Below, piece by piece: positions 41,921-52,124 of a stretch of DNA of 64,000 nt; the first letter of the stretch is position 1; the number at the start of each line of letters is the position of its first letter. The stretch covers positions 21,463 to 85,462 of the forward strand of contig JAGWBB010000002.1 of assembly GCA_021296095.1 (NCBI GenBank), given 5' to 3'. The translations under genes and the position numbers were made by a program. This DNA comes from Desulfurellaceae bacterium (GTDB taxonomy: Bacteria; Desulfobacterota; Binatia; Bin18). Below the pieces are notes generated by a model that had not been told where the DNA came from, made no database searches, and was given only the letters and a program-made list of their open reading frames with translations.

Positions 41921-43690
41921 CTAGGGAATGACCGGCAGGACAATATGGGAGCGAAACTCGCGGTTATGGAAAACCGTCTGCTCGGCCGTCTCAAACGTGG
42001 TGCCCGTGGCCTGCTCACCGCCGGTGTTGAGGTTGCGGTCAAAGCGCGGAAAATTGCTCGACGCAATCTCAAGCCGCAGCCGATGGCCGGGCAAAAACAC
42101 GTGGCTGGTGGCCCACAGGTCGATGCGCAGTTCAGTCGGCTTGCCGGGCGACAGGAGGGTCGGCGTCGTCCGCGACTCGCGGTAGCGGGCGCGGATGATG
42201 CCGTCGGCGATGTTCTGGGCATAGCCGTCGGGCCGGACATCGACCAGCTTGGCCGTGAAGTCGGTATCCAGGGCTGACGAGGCGGCGTACAGCACGACTG
42301 TCAGCGGGCCGGTCACCTCCAGGGGCTCGTCGAGCGGCGCGCCGGTATAGACCAGGACATCCTGGCGGCTTTCGACCTGGCGCTGGTCGGCCACGCCGAC
42401 CGGAATGACCAGCGTATTGCCGCCACAGGTCGGGACCGGATCGGCCGGGTCGTAGCGAAAGTGATCGTCGGCCTCCTCGGCCGGCGGCTCGGGGCTGAGC
42501 GCGCCGTCGCCGTTCAGGCTGTTGGCCTGGCCCGCGCTGTGCAGGTAGTAGGGTACGTATCGGGTTCGGGCCAGCGGCCACTCGTACTCATCGCGCCACT
42601 GGTTGGTGCCCATGACAAACAGCCGAATCGGGGCTTCCTCGGAAATACCGGTGTCGATTCCCTTCAGCCAGTAGTCGAACCAGCGCAGCTGGACATCGTG
42701 CAGCTCAATCGAGGCGTTCGGCCCAAAGTCAATGTCACCGGTCCCGCCGCTGATCGGCGTGGTGTATGGAAACAGGTGCGCCCAGGGACCGATCAACAGC
42801 TTTTGTCCGCCGCGCGCCTGGGGGGTCATGGCCCGGGACTGGAGGCCGCAGAAATGGACGAAGGCGTCGCGCAGAAAAATATCGTACCACGAGCTGACGT
42901 GGAACATGGGGATGTTGATATTGCGGTGCTGGCGTTCGACATTGATCGCCCACCAGTACGGCCCGTCCTCGGGATGGGTCAGGTAATCGCGCAGATACGG
43001 CGCCACATCGTGCAGGATGTCGGCCCAGTCCATCAGCGGCAAACGGCGGTAGGCCTCGGGCGTCAGGGGATTGGCGAAGTTGATCGAGCGCTCCAGACTG
43101 GGCCGGATGCGCGGCCACAGTTCGTCTTTGATGCCCTTGCGGTCAATCGTGTTGCGGGCCAGAAAAATGGCGTAGGGCACCTGCCAGCCCAGGGACAGGG
43201 CGCCGCCGGTATGGTACACCCAGCTCTGGTGCGCGTCGGCCGCAGCCGAGACCGGAAATGCGCAGCGCAGGTGGGGTGGTCGGGTCGGGGCCAGCTGATA
43301 CTGGGTGGCGCCGAGGTAGGACTGGCCCTGGGTGCCGACCAGACCGTTGCTGTAGGGCAGGCTGGCCGCCCACTCGACCGTATCGTAGCCGTCCTGGGCC
43401 TCGTCGATCAGGGCGTAGTACTCGCCCTCGGACTCAAACCGGCCCCGGCCGTCCTGAACAATCACCACATAGCCGCGGGCCGGAAAGTACTCGTGGTCGC
43501 CAAACAGCTCGGCCATGTGCTTGCCGTACGGCAGGCGGAGCAGGATGACCGGGAAGCGCCCCTCGGCGTCGGGCCGGTACACGTCGGCGTACAGCTTGGT
43601 GCCGTCCCGCATGGTGACACACACATTTTTTTCGGTTCGGATCGCGTATTGTGGACGACTGCCGTGTGGCATACACCCCTCCTTTTTCAC
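41921..43690 (-). CDS. CocE/NonD family hydrolase (S15 X-Pro dipeptidyl-peptidase-like)
   Basis: 589-aa protein with LPYGK...GYVVIVQDGRG and a GQSYLG nucleophile elbow. An alternative start is at 43672. Confidence 0.8.
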   Translation of the reverse strand: MKKEGCMPHGSRPQYAIRTEKNVCVTMRDGTKLYADVYRPDAEGRFPVILLRLPYGKHMAELFGDHEYFPARGYVVIVQDGRGRFESEGEYYALIDEAQDGYDTVEWAASLPYSNGLVGTQGQSYLGATQYQLAPTRPPHLRCAFPVSAAADAHQSWVYHTGGALSLGWQVPYAIFLARNTIDRKGIKDELWPRIRPSLERSINFANPLTPEAYRRLPLMDWADILHDVAPYLRDYLTHPEDGPYWWAINVERQHRNINIPMFHVSSWYDIFLRDAFVHFCGLQSRAMTPQARGGQKLLIGPWAHLFPYTTPISGGTGDIDFGPNASIELHDVQLRWFDYWLKGIDTGISEEAPIRLFVMGTNQWRDEYEWPLARTRYVPYYLHSAGQANSLNGDGALSPEPPAEEADDHFRYDPADPVPTCGGNTLVIPVGVADQRQVESRQDVLVYTGAPLDEPLEVTGPLTVVLYAASSALDTDFTAKLVDVRPDGYAQNIADGIIRARYRESRTTPTLLSPGKPTELRIDLWATSHVFLPGHRLRLEIASSNFPRFDRNLNTGGEQATGTTFETAEQTVFHNREFRSHIVLPVIP

Positions 43691-43824
43691 CGCCTCTTAT
43701 AGAAGCCCGCCGGGCAAAAGGCAATCCAAACCCGCATTGAGTCGTGCCTCAGTTATTGCCGCGTATCAGCCACAGCGGTCCGCTCTGACTATTGACGTTT
43801 GCGCCGGGAAAAATCCCCCTCAGT

Positions 43825-43908
43825 CCCCCTTTGGCAAAGGGGGAAGCACGAAGGCACAAGGAGGCCGGGAGGCAACCTCGTAGGGGCGGGTTTGAAACCC
43901 GCCCCTAC
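43825..43908. repeat. Two perfect hairpins (CCCCCTTTGGCAAAGGGGG and GTAGGGGCGGGTTTGAAACCCGCCCCTAC) in a divergent intergenic region; REP-like
   Basis: Perfect inverted repeats 43825-43843 and 43880-43908. Confidence 0.55.
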
Positions 43909-44015
43909 CCGCTGCGGCCGGCCTTGTTGGGGTGCGGTCAGGCGTGCTACACCCGCCACAGACCACGACCGCACTGACAGGCTGGCAGCGCTCAGCGCGG
44001 TCTTGCGAGGACGCC

Positions 44016-44441
44016 ATGCACTACTGGTTAGTCAAATCAGAACCGTACAAATACTCCTGGGATCAGTTCTGTCAGGACGGCTCGACCTACTGGGACGGGG
44101 TGCGCAACTATCAGGCCCGCAACAATCTGCAAGCCATGAAAGTCGGCGATCAGGTCTTGTACTACCACAGCAACGAGGGGTTGGCCGTTGTCGGGGTGGC
44201 CCGCGTCACCCGGGAAGCCTACCAGGACCCGACCACCGACGACGAGCGCTGGGTGGTGGTCGATCTGGAACCGGTCCAGGCCCTGGCCCGGCCGGTCAGC
44301 CTGCGTGAGATCAAGCAGGACGCCCGCTTGCAGGACATCGGCCTGATCAAACAGAGCCGTCTGTCTGTGATGCCGGTACGCAAAAAGGACTTCGACCTGA
44401 TCGTCAAAAAGGGACAGGGTCAGCCGACCCGAAAAGCCTGA
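44016..44441 (+). CDS. EVE (PUA-like) domain protein
   Basis: MHYWLVKSEPYKYSWDQ...VLYYHS motif. Confidence 0.8.
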   Translation: MHYWLVKSEPYKYSWDQFCQDGSTYWDGVRNYQARNNLQAMKVGDQVLYYHSNEGLAVVGVARVTREAYQDPTTDDERWVVVDLEPVQALARPVSLREIKQDARLQDIGLIKQSRLSVMPVRKKDFDLIVKKGQGQPTRKA

Positions 44442-44474
44442 TTCGCAGCGCGGGGACGCCATCCGGTCAAGAAC

Positions 44475-45290
44475 ATGAAAGAGCCGCAACGAAAGGCCCA
44501 GGCGACCTACAACGCCGCCGCTGACCACTTCGACGATCCAGCCAACGCCTACTGGGATCGCTACGGTCGGAGGACAGTCGAGCAGTTGCAGCCTCGTCCC
44601 GGGCTCAAGATACTGGACCTTGCCTGCGGTACCGGAGCATCCGCCCTGCCAGCGGCAGAGGCGGTGGGTCCGACCGGACAGGTCGTCGCCGTCGATGTAG
44701 CAGACCGGCTCTTGGCCCTTGCCCGAACGAAAGCGAAAGGCCGAGGTCTGGACCAGGTCGAATTTCGCAACGGCGACATGACCCGGCTGGGCCTGCCCGA
44801 CACCAGCTTCGATACGGTCGTTTGCGTTTTCGGCATCTTCTTTGTTCCCGACATGCAAGCGCTCGTCGCCGAGTTATGGCGCATGGTACGGCCGGGCGGC
44901 AGGCTGGCAATCACCACCTGGGGTCCGAATCTCTTCGAGCCCATGTATTCCGCCTTCGATCAAGCCCTTCAAGATGAGCGGCCAGACCTGGTATCGGATT
45001 TCCGACCGTGGGACCGTCTCACGGAAGTTCACGCGGTGGAAAAGCTTCTTGCGGAGAGTGGGGCCGCAGCAATCGAGGTTATGGCCGAGGAGGGGCAGCA
45101 AGCCTTGGCGAGCCCCGAGTCCTGGTGGAGCGTCGTGCTCGGCTCAGGACTGCGTGCTGCGGTAGAAACGATGGGACCCGCGTCCGCAGCGCGGGTCCGA
45201 GCGCATAATTTCGCATTCATTCGAGCGCATGGCGTGGAGTCGATTACGACGAACGTGATCTATGGCAGGGCCACCAAGGCGCACGTGTGA
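44475..45290 (+). CDS. Class I SAM-dependent methyltransferase
   Basis: ILDLACGTG motif. Confidence 0.7.
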   Translation: MKEPQRKAQATYNAAADHFDDPANAYWDRYGRRTVEQLQPRPGLKILDLACGTGASALPAAEAVGPTGQVVAVDVADRLLALARTKAKGRGLDQVEFRNGDMTRLGLPDTSFDTVVCVFGIFFVPDMQALVAELWRMVRPGGRLAITTWGPNLFEPMYSAFDQALQDERPDLVSDFRPWDRLTEVHAVEKLLAESGAAAIEVMAEEGQQALASPESWWSVVLGSGLRAAVETMGPASAARVRAHNFAFIRAHGVESITTNVIYGRATKAHV

Positions 45291-45380
45291 GCTGCTTGGC
45301 CCGAGGAATTCGGCATCCCTATCGCTTGGCTTGACCCGCCGGGAGGGGTTCGCTAACGTCCGGGCTGAGGAGGGACCGCC

Positions 45381-46193
45381 ATGCCATCACCTCGGTCGTA
45401 CCTAGCCGCAGCCGTCCAAATGACGGCCTCAAGCTCAAAAGAAGAAAATCTGGCCAAGGCCGAAACCTTTGTCCGCCTGGCGGCTCAGCGGGGCGCCGCC
45501 CTTGTGGTCCTGCCCGAGGTGTTTGCCTGGCGCGGGCCGCGCAAAGAGGAACCGGCCCAACTCGAATCCATCCCCGGCCCGACCTCGGAGCGTCTGGCCG
45601 AGCTGGCTCGCAGCCTGGGCATCCATCTGCTGGCCGGCTCGTTCCTGGAGAAGACGACCGAATGGCGCGCCTACAACACCAGCCTGCTGTTCAGCCCAAC
45701 CGGCGACCTGCTGGCCCAGTATCGCAAGATTCATCTGTTCGATATCGACCTGCCCGGGCAGGTCAGCATCAAGGAGTCGGACACCAAAAAACCGGGTCGC
45801 GAGGTGGTCACCGCCAGCACCGAGCTGGGGACGGTCGGCCTGTCAATCTGCTACGACCTGCGCTTCCCCGAGCTGTACCGTGGGCTGGCCGACGGGGGCG
45901 CCGAACTCATCTGCGTGCCGGCCGCCTTCACCTTTCCGACCGGGGCGGCCCACTGGGAAGCCCTGCTGCGCGCCCGCGCCATTGAGAACCAGAGCTATCT
46001 CATCGCGCCCAACCAGATCGGCAAAAACGTGTACGGCTTTGCCGACTACGGCAACTCGATGATTATTGATCCGTGGGGCAAGATCCTGGCCCGGGCGCCG
46101 GACAAAGAGTGCCTGATCACGGCCGAGATTGACCGTGATTATCTGGAGAAAGTCAGAAGGGAATTGCCATGCCTCGCGCATCGGCGGCTGTAG
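45381..46193 (+). CDS. Carbon-nitrogen hydrolase (nitrilase superfamily, Nit/YafV-like)
   Basis: E-K-C triad context (LPEVF, RKIHLFD, SICYDLRFPE). Confidence 0.8.
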   Translation: MPSPRSYLAAAVQMTASSSKEENLAKAETFVRLAAQRGAALVVLPEVFAWRGPRKEEPAQLESIPGPTSERLAELARSLGIHLLAGSFLEKTTEWRAYNTSLLFSPTGDLLAQYRKIHLFDIDLPGQVSIKESDTKKPGREVVTASTELGTVGLSICYDLRFPELYRGLADGGAELICVPAAFTFPTGAAHWEALLRARAIENQSYLIAPNQIGKNVYGFADYGNSMIIDPWGKILARAPDKECLITAEIDRDYLEKVRRELPCLAHRRL

Positions 46194-47443
46194 CGCCGGC
46201 TCCGGTCAAAGCTTTTTTCCGGGTCGTCAGCTGTAGCGACGCCCAGGCGCAGCTGGCAGCCTTCGCCCCCCTGACCCCAAGCGAAACCATTCCGGTCCTG
46301 AACGCCGACGGGCGGGTCCTGGCCAAGGCCCTGAGATCGTCGGTCCACCTGCCCCATTTCAACCGGGCCAATATGGACGGCTACGCCGTGCGGGCTCAGG
46401 ACACGTTTGGCGCCTCGCCGAGTTTGCCGACCTATCTCAAACTGGTCGGGGTAATCGAGATGGGCCAGGAGGCCAAGCGGCGGCTCAAAAAGGGTGAGAC
46501 CATGCGCATCTCGACCGGCGGCATGCTGCCGCCCGGCGCCAATTCCATGGTCATGGTCGAGTACACCGAGGAGATGGGCGACGGGACAATCGAAGTCCAG
46601 CGCAGCGTCTCGCCGTGGGAAAACATCCTGCGGGTGGGTGAGGACATCAAAAAAGGCGCCCCGATTTTTCCGGCCGGCCGCCGGCTCCACGCCCAGGACA
46701 TCGGGGCGTTGACCGGGGTCGGGATTGCCAAGGTCACGGTCTACCGGCGGCCGGTAGTGGGCCTGATCTCCACCGGCGACGAGATTGTGCCTCCCGAAAA
46801 AACGCCTAAGCCGGGCCAGATCCGAAATGTCAACCAGTACTCGCTGCGGGCGATGATTGCCCAGGCCGGCGGCGAAGTGTGTGACCTAGGCGTGGTCAAA
46901 GACGACCGCCAAGCGTTTGAGAAAGCCCTGGCTCAGGCGCTCAAAAAGGCCGACGTAGTCATGATCTCGGGCGGCAGCTCGGTCGGCACAAAAGACATGG
47001 CGGTCGAGGTGATCTGTTCCTTTCCGCGCTCCGAGCTGTTCTTCCACGGCATCTCGATTGCGCCGGGCAAGCCGACTATTTTTGCCGCCGCGGCGGGCAA
47101 GCCGGTCATGGGCCTGCCGGGCCACCCGGTCTCGGCGCTGGTCGTGTTCTCACTGTTTGGCATGCCGCTGGTCCGCATGATGGGCGGGGAATCGGCTCAG
47201 GTGGCGTTCACCCCGGCCCGCACCACCCGGGCCCGGCTGAGCCAGAACATTCCGTCCGCCCCGGGCCGCGAAGACTACGCCCGGGTCACCCTCAGCGGTG
47301 CCAACGGCAGCCTGGCGGCCGACCCCGTGCCCGGCAAATCGGGCGCCATCTTCAGCCTCGTCCGTGCCGACGGCATGGTCCGCATTCCGCACAACGCAGA
47401 GGGTAAGGAGGCGGGCGAAGAGGTGGAGGTCATTCTGTTTTAG
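46169..47443 (+). CDS. moeA: Molybdopterin molybdotransferase MoeA
   Basis: MoeA domains (NRANMDGYAV ... GGSSVG ... GLPGHPVSA). Confidence 0.8.
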   Translation: MPRASAAVAPAPVKAFFRVVSCSDAQAQLAAFAPLTPSETIPVLNADGRVLAKALRSSVHLPHFNRANMDGYAVRAQDTFGASPSLPTYLKLVGVIEMGQEAKRRLKKGETMRISTGGMLPPGANSMVMVEYTEEMGDGTIEVQRSVSPWENILRVGEDIKKGAPIFPAGRRLHAQDIGALTGVGIAKVTVYRRPVVGLISTGDEIVPPEKTPKPGQIRNVNQYSLRAMIAQAGGEVCDLGVVKDDRQAFEKALAQALKKADVVMISGGSSVGTKDMAVEVICSFPRSELFFHGISIAPGKPTIFAAAAGKPVMGLPGHPVSALVVFSLFGMPLVRMMGGESAQVAFTPARTTRARLSQNIPSAPGREDYARVTLSGANGSLAADPVPGKSGAIFSLVRADGMVRIPHNAEGKEAGEEVEVILF

Positions 47444-47445
47444 CC

Positions 47446-49527
47446 ATGCCACAGCACCATCCCCATAAATCGAATACTCCTGAAAGGCGAACGAGGCTGA
47501 CCGCCTCATCAGAAAGAGATCATCGTTCGTCTTCACGGAAACGCTACTTACAGAAGAAACCGCTGGGCGAAGCCCTGGCGCTTCTCCTCGATACCGTCAC
47601 ACCGCCACGACGAATGGAAACGGTGGCGGTGGAAGACGCCCTGGGCCGGACTACGGCCGAGCCCATCTTCGCCGTGCTGTCCGCCCCCCACTACCACGGG
47701 GCGGCCATGGACGGCATTGCGGTCCGCGCCGAGGATACCTTTGGGGCGAGTGAGTTTTCGGCCCTCAGCCTGACTGTGGTCAAGCCCGACACCAGGCGGC
47801 TCAGCTCCGACGGCCGCCCGTTTCAGTATGTGGACACCGGCAGCCCGCTGCCGGCCTGGGCCAACTCAGTCATCATGATCGAGCAGGTGTTCAAGAAGAG
47901 CGATACCGAGGTAGAAATCCGGGATGCCGCAACGCCCTGGCAGCACGTCCGCCTGGTCGGCGAGGACATTGTCGCCACCGAGCCGCTGCTGCCGCGCGGC
48001 CACACCCTGCGGCCCTACGACCTCGGCGCCCTGCTGGCCGCCGGCCACACCACTATTCCGGTTCTGGCCCGGCCAACGGTCGGCATCATTCCGACCGGCT
48101 CGGAGCTGATTGAACCGGGCGAGTTGGCCGAGCCGGGACGGATTATCGAGTTCAACTCGCGGGTGGCCGGCGCCTTTATTGAAGAGTGGGGCGGGCAGCC
48201 CAAACGCCGGCCTCGGGTTGTGGATGAGCTGGCCAAGATTGTCCGGGCGCTCAAAAAATCGGTCAGCGACAACGATGTCACCATCATCATTGCCGGCTCC
48301 TCGGCCGGTGAACACGATTTTACGCTACGCGCCCTGGAGTCGGTTGGCGAGGTCCTGGTCCACGGCATCGACGTCATGCCCGGCAAGCCGGCGATTCTGG
48401 CCGTCGTGGACGGCAAAGCGGTGATCGGTCTGCCCGGCTATCCGGTGTCGGCGGTCGTCATCTGTCAGCAGATTGTCCGCCCCCTGCTGGCCCACCTGCT
48501 GGGTCGGCCGGCCGAGGAGCCGCCTAAGATACAGGCTGTTCTGCCACGCAAGGTCCCCTCGCGGCTGGGTCTGGAAGAGTTTGTCCGGGTCAGTCTGGGC
48601 AAGGTCGGCGAGCGGCTGATTGCCAATCCGCTCGGGCGCGGTGCCGGGGTGATTACGACCATGGTCAAGGCCGACGGCGTGCTGCGGATTCCGCCGCTCG
48701 ACGAGGGGCTGAACGCCGGCCAGGAGGTGCTGATCGAACTCCTGCGCCCGGCCGAGGAGATTGCCCATACCATTCTGTTCACCGGCAGCAACGACCTCAC
48801 CATTGGTGTGCTCGACGACCAGCTGCGGGGTCAGCACCCGGGGTTCAAGATTTCGGCCAGTAATGTCGGCTCGCTGGGCGGCCTGGTCGCTCTCAAACGC
48901 GGCGAGGCGCATATCATCGGCAGCCATCTGCTCGACCCGAGCAGCGGGACCTACAACCTGCCCGACCTCAAAAAGCAGGGGCTGGTGTCCAAGGTCGTGG
49001 TGCTGAACCTGGTGATCCGCGAGCAGGGGCTGATCGTGCCCAAGGGCAATCCCAAAAAGCTGCGCGGCATCAAGGATCTGGCCCGCAAGGGCCTGCGCTT
49101 TGTCAACCGTCAGTCCGGAGCCGGCACGCGGATCTTGCTCGACTACACACTGGCCAAACTCGGCATCAGGCCGGACGCCATCCACGGCTATGAGCACGAA
49201 GAGGTCACCCACATGGCCGTGGCGGTCGCCGTGGCCAGCGGCCTGGCCGACACCGGACTCGGCGTCAAATCGGCCGCCAGAGCCCTCGGTCTGGACTTTA
49301 TCCCGGTCGAGCGCGAGGACTACGACCTCATTTTTCTCAAAGACTTCTTCAACACCGACGCCGGCCAAAAACTGGTCGCGGTGATCCGCTCCGACGCATT
49401 CAGACGGGCGGTCGAGCGCCTCGACGGCTATGACACGGCCAAGACCGGCAGCCTCAAAAGCCCGGCGCCCAAACGGACTGACAAGAAACGGGCGGGCAAG
49501 AAACCCGCAGCCCGGCGCACCGCGTAG
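47446..49527 (+). CDS. MoeA-like protein fused to a C-terminal periplasmic-binding-protein-like (PBP-like) domain
   Basis: Second MoeA module (YHGAAMDGIAV ... GSSAG ... GLPGYPVSA) followed by a ~260-aa PBP-like domain and a Lys/Arg-rich tail. Confidence 0.7.
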   Translation: MPQHHPHKSNTPERRTRLTASSERDHRSSSRKRYLQKKPLGEALALLLDTVTPPRRMETVAVEDALGRTTAEPIFAVLSAPHYHGAAMDGIAVRAEDTFGASEFSALSLTVVKPDTRRLSSDGRPFQYVDTGSPLPAWANSVIMIEQVFKKSDTEVEIRDAATPWQHVRLVGEDIVATEPLLPRGHTLRPYDLGALLAAGHTTIPVLARPTVGIIPTGSELIEPGELAEPGRIIEFNSRVAGAFIEEWGGQPKRRPRVVDELAKIVRALKKSVSDNDVTIIIAGSSAGEHDFTLRALESVGEVLVHGIDVMPGKPAILAVVDGKAVIGLPGYPVSAVVICQQIVRPLLAHLLGRPAEEPPKIQAVLPRKVPSRLGLEEFVRVSLGKVGERLIANPLGRGAGVITTMVKADGVLRIPPLDEGLNAGQEVLIELLRPAEEIAHTILFTGSNDLTIGVLDDQLRGQHPGFKISASNVGSLGGLVALKRGEAHIIGSHLLDPSSGTYNLPDLKKQGLVSKVVVLNLVIREQGLIVPKGNPKKLRGIKDLARKGLRFVNRQSGAGTRILLDYTLAKLGIRPDAIHGYEHEEVTHMAVAVAVASGLADTGLGVKSAARALGLDFIPVEREDYDLIFLKDFFNTDAGQKLVAVIRSDAFRRAVERLDGYDTAKTGSLKSPAPKRTDKKRAGKKPAARRTA

Positions 49528-49562
49528 GGCTGCGTTCCGTTTTCCTCTGCCATGATTGATCC

Positions 49563-50777
49563 ATGATCGACTTCAGCCCGCCCGCCCATGTCCAGACCGC
49601 AGTCGGCGATATCAGGCGCTTTATCGCCGACGACATCAGGCCCATGGAGCGCGAGCTGGCCGACTACCTGACCAACGAACACCTGTACCTGCAAGCCGAC
49701 GGCCGTCTCGCCCCGCCGATCCTGGCCGCCCAACGCACCATCCGCAAAATGTCTGCCAAGCGTGGCCTGTACGCCCTGCACATGCCGACCGAGGTCGGCG
49801 GCGGCGGTTTCAGCCTGACCGATATGTTCTTTGTTCACGAGGCCGTCTACCAGCACGGCATTGGGCTCAGCCAGTGGATGCTGTCGTGGACCGAGGGACC
49901 CAACCAGATGCAGATGTGGCTGAGCGAGGAGCAACAACAGCGCTACCTGTTGCCGCTGGTCCGGGGCGAGCAGACCGCCGCCTACGCCATCACCGAGTAT
50001 CGGGGCGGCTCGGACGTACTGGGCATGCAGACCCGGGCCGAGCGGCGCGGCGACGGGTGGAGCATCAATGGCACCAAAGCCTATATCACCAACGCCCAGT
50101 ACGCGGACCAGATCTTTGTCTGCGCGCTCACCGCACCCGACAAGGGTAGTGCGGGCGCGACCGCCTTTATCGTTGAGAACGACGCTCCGGGCCTCGGCAT
50201 CGGTCGCACGTATCGGACGATCATGGACGACGGCATGACCGGCGAGCTGATCTTCGACGACTGCCGGGTGCCGCTGGACAACACCTGGGGACGCGAGGGT
50301 CAGGGCTTCTACCTCAGCATGGGCATGATCAACTGGATTCGCGTCCGCCGGGGCGGCATGTGCAGCGGCCTGGGTCAGTATCTGCTCGACCGCTGCATCG
50401 ACTACACCAAAAACCGCCAGGCGTTTGGCGGCCGGCTGAGCCGTTTCCAGGCCCTGCAGTGGATGATGGTCGATTCCTATCTCGACGTGCAGGCGATGCG
50501 CAGCATGGCCTTGCAGAGCCTGTGGAAGGCCGACCAGGGCGATCTGTGGGCGCTCAAGGTTGACCCACAGCTGATCCAGACCGTGTGTGGCCTGAAAGTC
50601 TTCTGTGACGAGGCTCTGTACCGGGTCGCCGACCGGGCGGTGCAGCTGCACGGCGCCTACGGGCTCAGCAAGGACTCGGGGATTGAAAAAATCTTTCGGA
50701 TTGCCCGCAACCTGCGCATTCCGGGCGGCACGGACGAGATCCAGCGGGTGAATATTGCCAAGGCCCTGGGTCTGTGA
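49563..50777 (+). CDS. Acyl-CoA dehydrogenase family protein
   Basis: ACAD fold motifs. The 3' end (RIARNLRIPGGTDEIQRVNIAKALGL) is duplicated at 56578-56656. Confidence 0.8.
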   Translation: MIDFSPPAHVQTAVGDIRRFIADDIRPMERELADYLTNEHLYLQADGRLAPPILAAQRTIRKMSAKRGLYALHMPTEVGGGGFSLTDMFFVHEAVYQHGIGLSQWMLSWTEGPNQMQMWLSEEQQQRYLLPLVRGEQTAAYAITEYRGGSDVLGMQTRAERRGDGWSINGTKAYITNAQYADQIFVCALTAPDKGSAGATAFIVENDAPGLGIGRTYRTIMDDGMTGELIFDDCRVPLDNTWGREGQGFYLSMGMINWIRVRRGGMCSGLGQYLLDRCIDYTKNRQAFGGRLSRFQALQWMMVDSYLDVQAMRSMALQSLWKADQGDLWALKVDPQLIQTVCGLKVFCDEALYRVADRAVQLHGAYGLSKDSGIEKIFRIARNLRIPGGTDEIQRVNIAKALGL

Positions 50778-50796
50778 GGGCGTGTATTCAAATGGT

Positions 50797-51084
50797 TCAC
50801 GCCGGACGAACCACTTCGAGTTTCAAGCCTGTCGCCCGAACGACCGGAGCCAGGGTTGACCAGCGCGGCTTACCCTTGGCCGACAGCACGCGATACAGAC
50901 TCTCCCGGGGAATCCCCGCCCGTTTGGCGACCGCCGCCATGCCCTGCGCCTCGGCGACTTTCCGCAGCGCTTGCAGGAAGACCGCCGGCTCTTCGTCCTC
51001 TGCCGCTGCCGTCAGATAGTCGGCGCTGAAACCGGGATCTTTGAGCTGTTCACGCAGCCACTCGTTGTGCTTCACCTTTTTCAT
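50797..51084 (-). CDS. higA: Orphan HigA-type addiction-module antidote protein (HTH); near-identical copy of 56676-56963
   Basis: MKKVKHNEWLREQLKDPGFSA... No cognate toxin upstream; the Tn3-like IR-L begins 39 nt from its start. Confidence 0.7.
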   Translation of the reverse strand: MKKVKHNEWLREQLKDPGFSADYLTAAAEDEEPAVFLQALRKVAEAQGMAAVAKRAGIPRESLYRVLSAKGKPRWSTLAPVVRATGLKLEVVRPA

Positions 51085-51530
51085 GATCCTGTCGCTCACA
51101 GCTGCCCAACAATGCGGCAAGGTGGACCAGCGGGGGCATTTGCACAGAAACCTACGGTTTGGCGAATGTTGACCAACAGCATCACAGGATTTTCAGCCAT
51201 TGCCTCGTGCTCTCGATAAGGAATCCGCCCCCATAGGTGAGGGTTGGCCCATGTTTCAGATCGATGCGGCCCACACCGCCGCGAAAGACCGGAGTCCACA
51301 GCGCGAGATTCGTCGTCTCGCCACCGTCGTTCACGGATGGAACAAGGGATTCTGCACCTGGAATCCCTTGAACGAGTGGGCGATGCTCATCGCGCCGAGC
51401 GCAAACACCAGTACGACGGTGACGCTGACGACTCCCACAGACTTCCGTAGTCGGGGGTTTTTGCCCGCCCCCTCGAAAAGGTATAGTAGCGCGCGTCATC
51501 CGGCGAGAATCCGTCGCACGGGGCCATGGG

Positions 51531-52124
51531 CTAAGCACCACGCGTACTCTTTCCTGAGCGAGTCGTCTGATTCGCCACCAGCGTAACCGCCGTTTTTAGA
51601 GACGAGATTAGTCCGTTCAGGTCACGTCGGCTCTTCGCGCTATATTTGAATGCCATAGCTGCTGTCACAAAGAAATGGGCGAATTGGTTGAGACTTTGCC
51701 CTGACGCTTCTATCTGCTTTGTGTACGGCGACAGCAGGCGCGTAATCAGTTTCGTGTGGCGAGCATGGGATTCCGCGAGAGCGTCTCTCCCAGCTTCGTT
51801 GTGCCCGCTGATCAGATCCTCAGCGTCACCTGATGTTTGTAAGAGCTCAAAGGATTTGATGATGGTTTCCGCAAAATAGACGTCGAGTTGCGCCTCCAGG
51901 GATTCGCACGCGCCAAGGCGTGCTTCGACCTGAGACAGGTTGTGATCGGTGATGTGACGTACCGACGCAACGATCAACTGATCCTTGCTTCCAAAGACAT
52001 CGTACAGCGTCTGCCGTGAGACTTTGGCTTCTTGAGCGATGTCAGCCATCGCCGTTTTTCGGGCTCCGTATCTCACGAAGGTGCGGATGGCGGCTTCAAC
52101 AATCTTTGTTTCTATGTCAGACAT
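51531..52124 (-). CDS. TetR-family transcriptional regulator (transposon cargo)
   Basis: N-terminal HTH (AAIRTFVRYGARKTAMADIAQEAKVSRQTLYDVFGSKD). Confidence 0.85.
   Translation of the reverse strand: MSDIETKIVEAAIRTFVRYGARKTAMADIAQEAKVSRQTLYDVFGSKDQLIVASVRHITDHNLSQVEARLGACESLEAQLDVYFAETIIKSFELLQTSGDAEDLISGHNEAGRDALAESHARHTKLITRLLSPYTKQIEASGQSLNQFAHFFVTAAMAFKYSAKSRRDLNGLISSLKTAVTLVANQTTRSGKSTRGA

Noticed and set aside
42461-43702. 413-aa plus-strand ORF
   Set aside because: Antisense to the CocE/NonD hydrolase gene, which has clear family motifs. No protein-like features.
48325-49368. 347-aa minus-strand ORF
   Set aside because: Antisense to the MoeA-PBP gene. Shadow ORF.
49428-50651. 407-aa minus-strand ORF
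   Set aside because: Antisense to the acyl-CoA dehydrogenase gene. A high-GC shadow ORF.
51182-51541. 119-aa ORF and other short ORFs at the left end of the Tn3-like element
   Set aside because: No protein-like character. An alternative frame shows only a short TM-like remnant. Probably decayed sequence.
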